64,000 nucleotides of DNA from a virus, in the IMG/VR virus record IMGVR_UViG_3300015171_000001, positions 64,001 through 128,000 of that record, one strand, 5' to 3'. A program made the position numbers and the translations under genes. The notes under the pieces were generated by a model. It was given only the letters and a program-made list of their open reading frames with translations, was not told the DNA's origin and did no database searches. Of this stretch, positions 10,605 through 20,078 are shown in pieces. Position 1 is the stretch's first letter; each line of letters begins with the position of its first letter.

Positions 10605-12284
10605 ATGTCTAAATCATTATTAATCGAAGTCAGAGATTCAAAATTTACTTCTAAAAAAGAAGGAGATAAATTCTTTGTAGAGGGTATTCTTACTCATAAA
10701 GATGAAAAAAGAAATCAAAATGGACGAATTTATCCCGAAGAAACTCTTTTCAGAGAAGTTGAAAAATACAAGAATAATGTTATTAAAGAGAATAGAGCTA
10801 TGGGTGAACTAGACCATCCGGATTGTGTCGCAAGTGGTTCATTAATAATGACTTATGAAGGATGGAAGCCTCTAGAAAATATCAAAAATGATGAAATTAT
10901 TGCTACATTAAATATTGAAACTAATAAAATTGAATATCAAAAAATCACAGAAAAAATAGATCAAGAATATAAAGGAACGATGTATCGTGTAAAAGGAAGA
11001 AATATTAATATTTTAGTTACTCCAAATCACAGATTTGTTGTTAGAGATAGAAAAGGAAAATTGGGGTTTGATTGTGCTGAGAATCTTTATAATAGATTGC
11101 AAAATAATGAATATCCCCATTTATCAATTCCATCAAATTCATTTGGGTGGGACAAAGAGTCTCCAGAAAAATTTTTATTAAAAAGAGCCGAGAATGTTAG
11201 AAATGATTTAAGAGACAAATATAGTGAAGATATAGAAATAGATTTTTCTGTATGGATGGGATTTATTGGAATTTATTTAGCAGAAGGATATTTTAAAGGA
11301 TGTAGAAGAAGACAAGAATCTGTTAAAAAATCTGGATATTCTATTACTATTTCTCAAAATGAGGGAATTAAAAAAGATAAAATTAGAGAATTATTAAATA
11401 AATTTCCCGAAGAATTAAAGTGGAAAGAAGTAAAATGTGGATTTACCATCACAGATGCTAGATTACACAATTATGTTTCCAAATTAGGATCTTGTTATGA
11501 CAAATATATTCCACAAGAATTAAAAGAACAATCCATACCTTTATTAGAAGAATTATTAGAATTTTATTTTATTGGAGATGGAAGAGCACCAATTTATAAA
11601 GGACGTTCTTCTAAGGATGTATTTTCAACTTCTAAAAAATTAATAGAAGATTTACACGAAATTCTAACAAAAACCGGATGTTCTGGAAGTATTGCTGTGG
11701 AATATCCAAAAAAAGATTATAAATTTGCTGGGAGAATTATAAAAGCAAAAAATAAATCTCCATTATGGTTGTTGACTTTTAAAACAACTGGAGCAATTCA
11801 TATAGATCCAAGATTTTTAAAAATTGAAAAGGTTGATTATGATGGAAGAGTTTATTGTGTTAAAGTTCCAAATCAAACTTTTTATGCAATGAATGAAGGA
11901 AAATGTTTTTGGAGCGGCAATTCATCTGTAATTAATTTAAAAAATGTATCTCATAATATTGTTAGTTGTTGGTGGGAAGGTGATAGTTTAATTGGAAAAT
12001 TAGAAATTTTAGGAACTCCTTGTGGAAATATTGCAAAGGCTTTATTTGAGGCAGGTATTCCTGTAGGAATTTCTTCCAGAGCACTTGGAAGTGTTAAGAC
12101 TATCGGAGAAAATACTGTGGAGGTACAAGATGATTTAGAGCTTCTAGCATTTGATTTGGTCAGCACTCCATCTGCCAATGGAGCATATTTACAACCTCTC
12201 CACGAAGCAAAAGGAAACATAATAATTTTAGATAACAACGACAGAATAAATGAAATTATCAGAGAAATTTTAACAACAATATAA
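10605..12284 (+). CDS. Prohead protease (T4 gp21-like), intein-containing
   Basis: NQNGRIYP, AMGELDHP (catalytic His), VSH, GISSRALGS (catalytic Ser), FDLVSTPS; about 193 aa after splicing. Confidence 0.93.
   Translation: MSKSLLIEVRDSKFTSKKEGDKFFVEGILTHKDEKRNQNGRIYPEETLFREVEKYKNNVIKENRAMGELDHPDCVASGSLIMTYEGWKPLENIKNDEIIATLNIETNKIEYQKITEKIDQEYKGTMYRVKGRNINILVTPNHRFVVRDRKGKLGFDCAENLYNRLQNNEYPHLSIPSNSFGWDKESPEKFLLKRAENVRNDLRDKYSEDIEIDFSVWMGFIGIYLAEGYFKGCRRRQESVKKSGYSITISQNEGIKKDKIRELLNKFPEELKWKEVKCGFTITDARLHNYVSKLGSCYDKYIPQELKEQSIPLLEELLEFYFIGDGRAPIYKGRSSKDVFSTSKKLIEDLHEILTKTGCSGSIAVEYPKKDYKFAGRIIKAKNKSPLWLLTFKTTGAIHIDPRFLKIEKVDYDGRVYCVKVPNQTFYAMNEGKCFWSGNSSVINLKNVSHNIVSCWWEGDSLIGKLEILGTPCGNIAKALFEAGIPVGISSRALGSVKTIGENTVEVQDDLELLAFDLVSTPSANGAYLQPLHEAKGNIIILDNNDRINEIIREILTTI
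10824..11921 (+). mobile_element. Intein (366 aa) with LAGLIDADG endonuclease in the prohead protease
   Basis: CVASGSLI...VYCVKVPNQTFYAMNEGKCFWSGN then S; GIYLAEG and FYFIGDG; removal restores ELDHPD-SSVINL. Confidence 0.88.
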
Positions 12285-12285
12285 T

Positions 12286-13536
12286 ATGAACGAAAATTTA
12301 AGAAAAATACTTAGCGAAATATCTTCCGGGACAACAGATGGAAGACTTGTAACAGACATTCCAGTTGTTAAAGAATATGCTTCTGTAAAAAGCAAAGATG
12401 GATTAACATTTTTATTGGGAACACAAATCAAAGATGCTTTAAAGAGCAATGAATTAGATTCATTATCAAATAGTTTAATTAATTCATTACAAATCAAGAG
12501 TGAGCAAGATTTAAAGAATTTTGCAGTAGAGACTAATTTCTTACAATCTAATGCTGGGTATAAAGAATTACTTGATAGTATGTCCACAATTTTATCTGGA
12601 AAAACAGAACAACCTGTAAATGAAGTTAAAGTAAAAAGAAATTTTGTTATTAACGAGAATTGGGATTCTGGCGAAGAAAAGAAAAAGGTTATTTCTAAAG
12701 AAGACCGTGGACAAATCTTAGAAACTATTAAGAAATTAAATTTTCATGGTAAGGATTTAAAACATGAATGTGATTATAAGGGATTATCAAAAACTTTAAA
12801 AAACATTTCTGCTGCAAATGAAACATTACTTGGAGAACAAGTTGATGGAGATTGGTTTGATGGACTTACAGTAAAAAGAAATTGTGTAAACTTAAATAAG
12901 CTTGTGGATGAATTTGAAAAAACTGCTAGAGAGTGTGATGTTTATCAACAAAGATTATTAGCTCTTTGGGATGAAGTAGGAACAATTCTTAGTCGTTATT
13001 ATGAAATTGAAGATTATTCCGAAACACCAGGAAATGAATCCATTCAATCTTTAAAAAGACCAGAAACAGTAGAAATTGATGAAGAATCAAATGATATTGA
13101 TGGTAATAGAGAAGATGATTGTAATACAGAAGATATTACTGCCACAAATTTTCGTGAAACTGGTAAGGATGAAGATGGTGATAATATCGAAGAAACTGTT
13201 GAAGATTCTGCCGGAATGGAATATCAAGATGCAGACGAAGATGAGGACAAATCATCTAGTTTATTTGAGACTATATTAAAGAAAATTCACAATAAATCAA
13301 TATTTAATGAGATTGCCGAAAAACAAAAAGCAAAGACAAAACCTACAGAAAAAGTTGCCAATAAACATAAAGAAAAAACTTCATTACATGTTTTAAAAAC
13401 CGCAAAAAATAATACCCATATTGTTTCTGGTATGACAAGACTGTCTGCTAGAAAACATTTAAAGACTATTGGATATAAGGACAAACAGTTAAAAGCAATT
13501 GAAGATAAGTCTAAGGCTAAATCTTCTTCAAAATAA
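12286..13536 (+). CDS. Acidic/basic head-module protein, putative internal or core protein
   Basis: MNENLRKILSE leader, long D/E-rich tract then Lys-rich tail; lies between protease and scaffold. Confidence 0.55.
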   Translation: MNENLRKILSEISSGTTDGRLVTDIPVVKEYASVKSKDGLTFLLGTQIKDALKSNELDSLSNSLINSLQIKSEQDLKNFAVETNFLQSNAGYKELLDSMSTILSGKTEQPVNEVKVKRNFVINENWDSGEEKKKVISKEDRGQILETIKKLNFHGKDLKHECDYKGLSKTLKNISAANETLLGEQVDGDWFDGLTVKRNCVNLNKLVDEFEKTARECDVYQQRLLALWDEVGTILSRYYEIEDYSETPGNESIQSLKRPETVEIDEESNDIDGNREDDCNTEDITATNFRETGKDEDGDNIEETVEDSAGMEYQDADEDEDKSSSLFETILKKIHNKSIFNEIAEKQKAKTKPTEKVANKHKEKTSLHVLKTAKNNTHIVSGMTRLSARKHLKTIGYKDKQLKAIEDKSKAKSSSK

Positions 13537-13548
13537 GAAAAATAATTT

Positions 13549-13932
13549 ATGGAAATTACTAAGTCTCAATTAAAATCATTAATTCTTGAATGTTTAAAAG
13601 AAGATTGGGATTTGGTGGACAAAAAAGAAAAAATAGAGACAAAATCTATAATTCCTTCAGAATTTTCAATACCTTTATCTAAACAAGAAATTGATCAATT
13701 TGGCGAATATTTTAGAAAATCATTAATATGTGCTGCTGGATATAATCCAAGAACAAATATATTTGGAAAAGCTTTAAATATAAAAAAAGATATTACAACT
13801 AAAGATCCAGAGGATGCACAAGAAGAATATGCTAGAAAAATAGAAAAAGCTGTGTCGGAATTATCTTCAAGTGGGTTAATAAAATTAATGTTAACTACAT
13901 GCACTGAAGAAGATTTTGATCATATGTTTTAA
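13549..13932 (+). CDS. Hypothetical protein with leader motif
   Basis: MEITKSQLKSLILECLKE. Confidence 0.6.
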   Translation: MEITKSQLKSLILECLKEDWDLVDKKEKIETKSIIPSEFSIPLSKQEIDQFGEYFRKSLICAAGYNPRTNIFGKALNIKKDITTKDPEDAQEEYARKIEKAVSELSSSGLIKLMLTTCTEEDFDHMF

Positions 13933-13953
13933 TTAAATTACAAAAACACAACT

Positions 13954-14550
13954 ATGAAACTAACAAAAACACAACTTAAAAATTTAATAGCAGAATGTTT
14001 AAGAGAAACAACTGAAGAAATTCCTACATGGAAAGATGGTAATTATCAAGGAATGAAAGGAACTTCTTCAATAGAAGCAAAAAATAATGTTCCTACAAAT
14101 ATCAAAGAAGATTATGATTCTGTTAGAGTTAATGATGAAGTAGAAATAAAAGGAAAAGATATTGAGGGGAGTACTCGTTTTAATGGAATGGTTGGTATTG
14201 TGACAAGAGTTAATTCTGAATATATCGGAGTTATGTTTGGTAAAGAAATTCATCTTTTTCCTAAAAATAATGTCCAAAAAACTTCTCTTTTAGAAGGCGA
14301 ACCAACATGGAAAGATGGTAATTTTAAAGGAATGAATAGTAAAGAAGATAAAGTAGCTAAAAGTTGTGTTCCAAATAAAATTAAAGAAGGAAGTTTTGTT
14401 CCTACTTTAGAAACTGTTAGAGAAGATTTAATATATTTAAAAAGATCTATTGAAAAACGCGATAACCAAGAATCTCTGCATTTAGTCAATATGATATTAA
14501 AATATTTAGATAACGTGTCGTTTGTAAAAAATAATTTATATTTCTCATAA
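13954..14550 (+). CDS. Hypothetical protein with leader motif and internal duplicated peptide
   Basis: MKLTKTQLKNLIAECLRE; PTWKDGNYQGMK and PTWKDGNFKGMN. Confidence 0.6.
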   Translation: MKLTKTQLKNLIAECLRETTEEIPTWKDGNYQGMKGTSSIEAKNNVPTNIKEDYDSVRVNDEVEIKGKDIEGSTRFNGMVGIVTRVNSEYIGVMFGKEIHLFPKNNVQKTSLLEGEPTWKDGNFKGMNSKEDKVAKSCVPNKIKEGSFVPTLETVREDLIYLKRSIEKRDNQESLHLVNMILKYLDNVSFVKNNLYFS

Positions 14551-14626
14551 CATTAGTTAGAAATCAAATCATCTCTCTACATATTTGTTTTCTTTGGCTT
14601 GTTTTTATTATTCTTGTGGCAGTTAT

Positions 14627-14649
14627 TTGACAAATTATTAATTTGTCAA
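14627..14649. promoter_or_regulatory. Perfect inverted repeat upstream of the scaffold-capsid operon (operator-like)
   Basis: TTGACAAATT-ATT-AATTTGTCAA; carries TTGACA on both strands. Confidence 0.4.
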
Positions 14650-14780
14650 CATTTTTTAAATATATTAATGTTTTTGTTATTCATTAATATATTTATAATT
14701 CAATAACATGAAGTATTCATGTTCAAAATAAAATAAAATTTTAGAAATTCTAATAATTTCTTATAAAAAGAATAAACAAT

Positions 14781-15992
14781 ATGAGTAAATCAAATTTATT
14801 AGCAGAAGCAATGGCCGACATCAAAGCATTGAGAGCCGTTGCATATGCTAATGCAAAAAGCGTTCTTGAAGAAGCATTCACACCAAAAGTGACTGAGATG
14901 CTTACAAAGAAATTAAAAGAAGAAGCAGAAATGGAAGAAGATGATAAAGATAAAAATCTCGATGAATCTTCTGACCAAGATGATGCTGATTACAAGAAAA
15001 AATCAAAGGGTCATTCCACAAAGAAAGAATTTTCTGATTCAGTTAAGACTGTTTCGGTTAATGAAACTTCCGATCAAGATGATGCTGATTATAAAAAGAA
15101 ATCAAAAGGACATTCTACTAAAAAAGAATTTTCTGATGGTGTAAAAACTGTAGTTGTTGAAAATGAAGAAGAAATTGCTTCAGATGATACAGAAACTCTT
15201 GATGACAAATCAGAAGTATCAACTGACGAAAATGAAGAAGGTTTACACAAAGATGTCAATGCTGAAATTGACGAAATTTTAAGAGAATTCGAAGGTTCAA
15301 CTGAAGAGGAATCTTCCGAAGAAGCTCCTGATGCTCTTGCTCAAGCCCCATCTGCTGAAAAGACTGATGTTTCTGCTCCTTCCGACGAAGAAGTTGAAAT
15401 TGATGTTACTCCAGAAGAAGGCGAATCCGAACACGTTGCTGAAGTGCCTGCTGAGGGTGATGGTGATAATGATGAGGAAAAACATAGTGAAGTTAATATC
15501 GACGAAATTCTTGCTGAGTTGGAAAATGAAAAAGAATATGCTCATCACAGAGGAATCGATGGTTCCGAAGAGAATTTGGAAGAACTTAATTCACTTAAGA
15601 CCGAAAATAAAAAACTAAAAACTGCTCTTTTAGAAATGAAAAAGCAAGTAAATGAAGTTAATTTACTAAACAGTAGATTGTTATATGTTGGGAAATTATT
15701 TAAGGAAAATTCCTTGAATATTAAACAAAAAGAACAAATCGTTGAAGCATTTGATTCTGCAAATACTTTGAAGGAGATTACATTGACCTTCAAACTTCTT
15801 TCAGAAACTTTCAAAGGTCATGTTCCTAAATCACCAACAATTAAAAGTTCAAAACAAACTATTGTCGAAGGTTTAGCTTCTAAAGTTATTACATCAACAA
15901 AACCAAATTTGATTACAGAATCTAAAGCTAATGCTGAAGATGTCTCACTTTCTCAACGTTTGCAAAAACTTGCGGGAATTAAAATCAAATAA
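14781..15992 (+). CDS. Prohead scaffold/core protein (T4 gp22-like position)
   Basis: Very acidic with coiled coil, EVNLLNSRLLY, C-terminal RLQKLAGIK; directly upstream of the major capsid gene. Confidence 0.8.
   Translation: MSKSNLLAEAMADIKALRAVAYANAKSVLEEAFTPKVTEMLTKKLKEEAEMEEDDKDKNLDESSDQDDADYKKKSKGHSTKKEFSDSVKTVSVNETSDQDDADYKKKSKGHSTKKEFSDGVKTVVVENEEEIASDDTETLDDKSEVSTDENEEGLHKDVNAEIDEILREFEGSTEEESSEEAPDALAQAPSAEKTDVSAPSDEEVEIDVTPEEGESEHVAEVPAEGDGDNDEEKHSEVNIDEILAELENEKEYAHHRGIDGSEENLEELNSLKTENKKLKTALLEMKKQVNEVNLLNSRLLYVGKLFKENSLNIKQKEQIVEAFDSANTLKEITLTFKLLSETFKGHVPKSPTIKSSKQTIVEGLASKVITSTKPNLITESKANAEDVSLSQRLQKLAGIKIK
14964..15161 (+). repeat. Tandem 99-bp (33-aa) duplication inside the scaffold gene
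   Basis: E(S/T)SDQDDADYKKKSKGHSTKKEFSD(S/G)VKTV twice, with many synonymous differences. Confidence 0.9.
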
Positions 15993-16019
15993 TTAAACAA
16001 CAAAACAAACAACAAAAAT

Positions 16020-17645
16020 ATGAGTATTAAGTCCTTATTAACAAACTCTAATTCTGCTCAAGATCGCTTGACTACAGAAACAAGAGCGTTACAATCAAAA
16101 TGGGCAAAGACTGGATTATTAGAAGGTTTATCAGAAATTGATAGATCTAATATGTCCGTGATCCTTGAAAATCAAGCTAAACAATTATTAGACGAAGCAA
16201 CCAGAACTGGTACTTCTGCAAATTCTGAACAATGGGCTGGCGTTGCTCTTCCATTAGTAAGACGTTTGTTCTCAGAAATCGCTTCTAAAGAATTCGTTTC
16301 AGTACAACCAATGAACCTTCCTTCGGGATTGGTATTCTATTTGGATTTCAAATATGGTACAAATCAAGCTGGTAATCCTGCTTTCTTGGGACAAAGCTTA
16401 TTCGGTGGAACAGGTATTAAACTTGGATCTACAGATTCAGCAGTAAATGGTCTTTATGGAACAGCACGTTATGGTTATTCAATGAATGATTATGTGAGTG
16501 CATCATTGTCATTAACAAGTGGTTCAGTATCATTTGATGATGTCGATTATAACTCTGCTTATAGTGCTTCAGCCATTGCTGGTCAATTAAGTAAAGTAAC
16601 TGTTGCTATCGGTGGAGACGCTGATCTTAATGGTGTTAGAGCATTTACTGTGTCTGGATCTGGTTTCTCAACCTATCTTCCACAATTCACAAAGGCTTCT
16701 AACGGTTTCGTAACATTCATTGTGTCAGGTTCTCCTTCCACAACCGCTACTGTTACTTATCAAGTTCAACCTGCTGACTTGTCAAGAGGTGACTTCGAAG
16801 ATAAAGCAACTGCTGCTGGTCCTGTTGGAAACAACTCTGGTGTTTATGCTGATATCGGCATTCCTGAAATTAACTTAGAAGTTAAGAGTGAAGCAATTGT
16901 TGCTAGGACACGTAAATTAAAAGCTGTTTGGACACCTGAACTTGCTCAAGATTTAAATGCTTATCACAGTATTGATGCTGAAGCTGAATTAACTGCTCTT
17001 CTTTCTGAGTATGTTGCTATGGAAGTTGACTTGGAAATTATTGACATGTTAGTTACTGCTGCTCCTGGACAAAACACAGAAGCTTGGAGTGCTATTATTG
17101 GTAATGAAATCATAAAGCAAGGCTACAATACAGATGGTAGTGCTACTTTCCAATATCAAGCTAACACAGCCACAAATCGTACTGCTTATGTAAAGTCCAC
17201 TTGGTATCAAACACTTGGTAACAAGATTCAAAAGGTATCTAACAATATTCACAAATTGACATTAAGAGGTGGTGCTAACTTCATCGTTTGTTCACCAGAT
17301 GTTGCTACTATTATCGAAAGTATTCCTGGATTCGTTCCTGATACTGATGGTGATAAGAGTAAATTTGCTATGGGCGTTGCTAAAGTTGGTGGTCTTTCAA
17401 ATCGTTGGACTATCTACAAGAATCCTTACATGACCGAGAACACCATGTTACTAGGATTCAGAGGAAACAACTTCTTTGAGTGTGGTGCTGTTTATAGCCC
17501 ATATATTCCATTGATTCAAACTCCATTAGTGTATGATCCTGTGAACTTTACACCTCGTAGAGGCGTGATGACTCGTTATGCAAAAAAGATGCTTAGACCG
17601 GAGTTCTTCGGCAAAATCTATGTAGGAGATTTAAATTATATCTAA
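16020..17645 (+). CDS. Major capsid protein (T4 gp23-like)
   Basis: ILENQ, LPLVRR, VSVQPMNLPSGLVFYL, ARTRKLKAVWTPELAQDLNAYHSIDAEAEL, YSPYIPL, FTPRRGVMTRYA. Confidence 0.96.
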   Translation: MSIKSLLTNSNSAQDRLTTETRALQSKWAKTGLLEGLSEIDRSNMSVILENQAKQLLDEATRTGTSANSEQWAGVALPLVRRLFSEIASKEFVSVQPMNLPSGLVFYLDFKYGTNQAGNPAFLGQSLFGGTGIKLGSTDSAVNGLYGTARYGYSMNDYVSASLSLTSGSVSFDDVDYNSAYSASAIAGQLSKVTVAIGGDADLNGVRAFTVSGSGFSTYLPQFTKASNGFVTFIVSGSPSTTATVTYQVQPADLSRGDFEDKATAAGPVGNNSGVYADIGIPEINLEVKSEAIVARTRKLKAVWTPELAQDLNAYHSIDAEAELTALLSEYVAMEVDLEIIDMLVTAAPGQNTEAWSAIIGNEIIKQGYNTDGSATFQYQANTATNRTAYVKSTWYQTLGNKIQKVSNNIHKLTLRGGANFIVCSPDVATIIESIPGFVPDTDGDKSKFAMGVAKVGGLSNRWTIYKNPYMTENTMLLGFRGNNFFECGAVYSPYIPLIQTPLVYDPVNFTPRRGVMTRYAKKMLRPEFFGKIYVGDLNYI

Positions 17646-17650
17646 TTGAT

Positions 17651-17667
17651 TATCAATTACTTATAAA
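17651..17667 (+). promoter_or_regulatory. Conserved 17-bp motif after the capsid gene (matches IHF consensus WATCAANNNNTTR)
   Basis: TATCAATTACTTATAAA; near-identical copies at 30908 and 50148. Confidence 0.55.
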
Positions 17668-17676
17668 CTGTTTTAT

Positions 17677-17709
17677 AAAAAAGAGCGATAGAAATATCGC
17701 TCTTTTTTT
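17677..17709 (+). terminator. Intrinsic terminator after the capsid gene
   Basis: AAAAAAGAGCGATA-GAAA-TATCGCTCTTTTTTT. Confidence 0.9.
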
Positions 17710-17738
17710 ATTTTTAACCACTTTCTAGGAATTTGTTA

Positions 17739-17767
17739 TTGACAAATTTTTTATATATTGATATAAT
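17739..17767 (+). promoter_or_regulatory. Consensus sigma70-type promoter; probably a leaderless transcript
   Basis: TTGACA-17 nt-TATAAT with extended TG; ATG 17773 follows 5 nt later. Confidence 0.85.
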
Positions 17768-17772
17768 AATAT

Positions 17773-19773
17773 ATGATTAAAAATAATAATGAAATTGTTA
17801 TATCAGAAGAAGAATCTAAAATTTGTTTAATTGATAATAAAAAATTTGATTCTAGTAGAAAAATGATATGGTATGTTAGAAAAACATATAATTTATCCTT
17901 CGAAGATTATATTATTAAATATTATTATAATAATAACATTCCTACTTGTTTAAAAACAGGAAAACTTTTAACATTTAAAGCACATAAAACCGGTCCGTGG
18001 TTTTCTAATTATTCAAAAAACAATTTTCCAAGAAAAGAACATACTTTAGAAAGCAAAGAAAAAATAAAAAATTCTCTTAAGAAGAATACAATGATAAAAT
18101 ACGGAGTTGAGAATATTTTTCAATTGGATTGGTGTAAAGAAAAAATTAAAAATACTAATTTACAAAAATATAATGTAGACAATCCTGCGAAAAATAAAGA
18201 AATTTATGATAAAGTAAAAAATACTAATTTAGAAAAATATGGAGTAGATAATCCTAGAAAAAACAAAGAAATTAACAAAAAAATAGAAGATACAAATTTA
18301 AAAAAGTATGGGAAGCCTACAGTGTGGGGGACAGATCATTTTATTAAAGTTTTTAAAAAGAATTTTTTAAAAAAATATGGGGTAGATAATCCTATGCATG
18401 TTAAAGAATTTAGAGATAAATGTGCTGAAAAAATTAAAAAATACATGCTAGAAAATTTCTTAAAAAATAGAAATAATAGATCAAATACTAAACCAGAAAA
18501 ACAATTCATAGAATTTTTGAAACAAATTAATGAACCATATGTGCATCAATTTAAAACAAAGCATGGCATTATAGACTTTTACCTGCCTTCAAAAAAATTA
18601 TTTATAGAAATTGATGGAGATTATTGGCACAGAGAAATAAAAGAAAATTTGAATTATACTCAATTGTATAACTCCATTAGAGATTTTAATAAAAATAAAA
18701 ATATTAAAAAGCTAATAAGAATAAAAGCCTCTGCCGTTAAAAATTTAAAAACGATGGATGACATTTATAATAATCAATATTATCAACAAACTTCTTTAAA
18801 TTTTGATCAAAAGATATTAAATAAAGATTATAATATATGGAGCATTATAAATAAAGGAAAAGAAAAAGTTGAAAAAAGACTATATACATTAGTAAAATTT
18901 ATAAAATTATTTAGTCCGAACTTTCCAAAATATGTTTCTTTGGAAACCGATATTTTAAAAATATCTGAATATATTAAAAAATATATAATAGATGAAAATA
19001 ATATAGATTACTTTCATTGGAAAATACCTTCTATCGGGAATGGTTATTTAAAAAACATATTTGATTCATATTGGAAATCGTCATATAATAAGAGTATTTC
19101 GCCAAAAGATTTGTGGGAAAATGAAAAAATATTATATTCTATTATAAAATATAGAATAGGGTGTAATAATAGTGGAGAAGTATTTGATTTTTCTTTAAAA
19201 GAAATTCTTAAAGGAATGTCTGCACAAAGATATACAATATCTTTTTTTAAACCTTGTTTGGCTGCTCTTATTTATAAAAAATATTTGGGAAACAAAATAA
19301 CTCCTATAGTCTTAGATCCTTGTTGTGGATTTGGTGGAAGACTCCTTGGGTTTAAAAGTGTTTATTCTAATGGAATATATATTGGCTGCGAACCAAATAC
19401 AGAAACATATAATGAATTAATTATTCTTAGAAATAATATGGGATATGATGAGAGTACTGTAAAATTATTTAATTGTAAATTTGAAGACTTTCAATATCCA
19501 TTAGATAATATTGATTTTACATTTACAAGTATTCCATATTATGATTTAGAAATATATTCGGAAAAAATAGAATATTTGGATTTTAATGAATGGAAAAATA
19601 CTTTTATATATTCTATAGAAAATAAAACAAAAAATTGCTATATAAACGCACCTATAGATATTTGCGAAAAATTGGGATGGACAAATTGTGTGTCAAAAAT
19701 ATTTATAAATTCTTCTCATTTTTCTAAAGACAAAGAAAACAAAAAATTTGAAAACATTGTTAAATTAAATTAA
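17773..19773 (+). CDS. KYGVDN-repeat PD-(D/E)XK (Vsr/DUF559-like) endonuclease fused to a SAM-dependent DNA methyltransferase-like domain
   Basis: About five KY(G/N)xxN-type repeats; IDFYLPSKKLFIEIDGDYWH; VLDPCCGFGGRLLG (motif I) and FTSIPYY (motif IV variant). Confidence 0.75.
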   Translation: MIKNNNEIVISEEESKICLIDNKKFDSSRKMIWYVRKTYNLSFEDYIIKYYYNNNIPTCLKTGKLLTFKAHKTGPWFSNYSKNNFPRKEHTLESKEKIKNSLKKNTMIKYGVENIFQLDWCKEKIKNTNLQKYNVDNPAKNKEIYDKVKNTNLEKYGVDNPRKNKEINKKIEDTNLKKYGKPTVWGTDHFIKVFKKNFLKKYGVDNPMHVKEFRDKCAEKIKKYMLENFLKNRNNRSNTKPEKQFIEFLKQINEPYVHQFKTKHGIIDFYLPSKKLFIEIDGDYWHREIKENLNYTQLYNSIRDFNKNKNIKKLIRIKASAVKNLKTMDDIYNNQYYQQTSLNFDQKILNKDYNIWSIINKGKEKVEKRLYTLVKFIKLFSPNFPKYVSLETDILKISEYIKKYIIDENNIDYFHWKIPSIGNGYLKNIFDSYWKSSYNKSISPKDLWENEKILYSIIKYRIGCNNSGEVFDFSLKEILKGMSAQRYTISFFKPCLAALIYKKYLGNKITPIVLDPCCGFGGRLLGFKSVYSNGIYIGCEPNTETYNELIILRNNMGYDESTVKLFNCKFEDFQYPLDNIDFTFTSIPYYDLEIYSEKIEYLDFNEWKNTFIYSIENKTKNCYINAPIDICEKLGWTNCVSKIFINSSHFSKDKENKKFENIVKLN

Positions 19774-20058
19774 TGCATTTAATTTAACAATTCCTTCTTC
19801 ATCAACATACTCCAAAACCTTTCCACTAGTAGAATTATAAATATTCAATAACACGACAGATTCCCTAGATTTTTTAGAATGTATTCCTTTATTAGATTCT
19901 GGGATATATATTTTCCTATGACAATTTGGGCATAACCAGATTCTATTCCAATCATCATTTTGTCCTTTTAACTCTCTAGGAACAATATGATGATAATCAA
20001 TTTTAGTTCTATCGTTGGTCGTGTAAGAACATTTAGGAAATTGACATTTATAACGCAT
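19765..20058 (-). CDS. Small HNH endonuclease
   Basis: CQFPKC...DYHHIVPRELKG...NRIWLCPNCH. Confidence 0.8.
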   Translation of the reverse strand: MRYKCQFPKCSYTTNDRTKIDYHHIVPRELKGQNDDWNRIWLCPNCHRKIYIPESNKGIHSKKSRESVVLLNIYNSTSGKVLEYVDEEGIVKLNALI

Positions 20059-20078
20059 TTGATTATATATATTAAATT

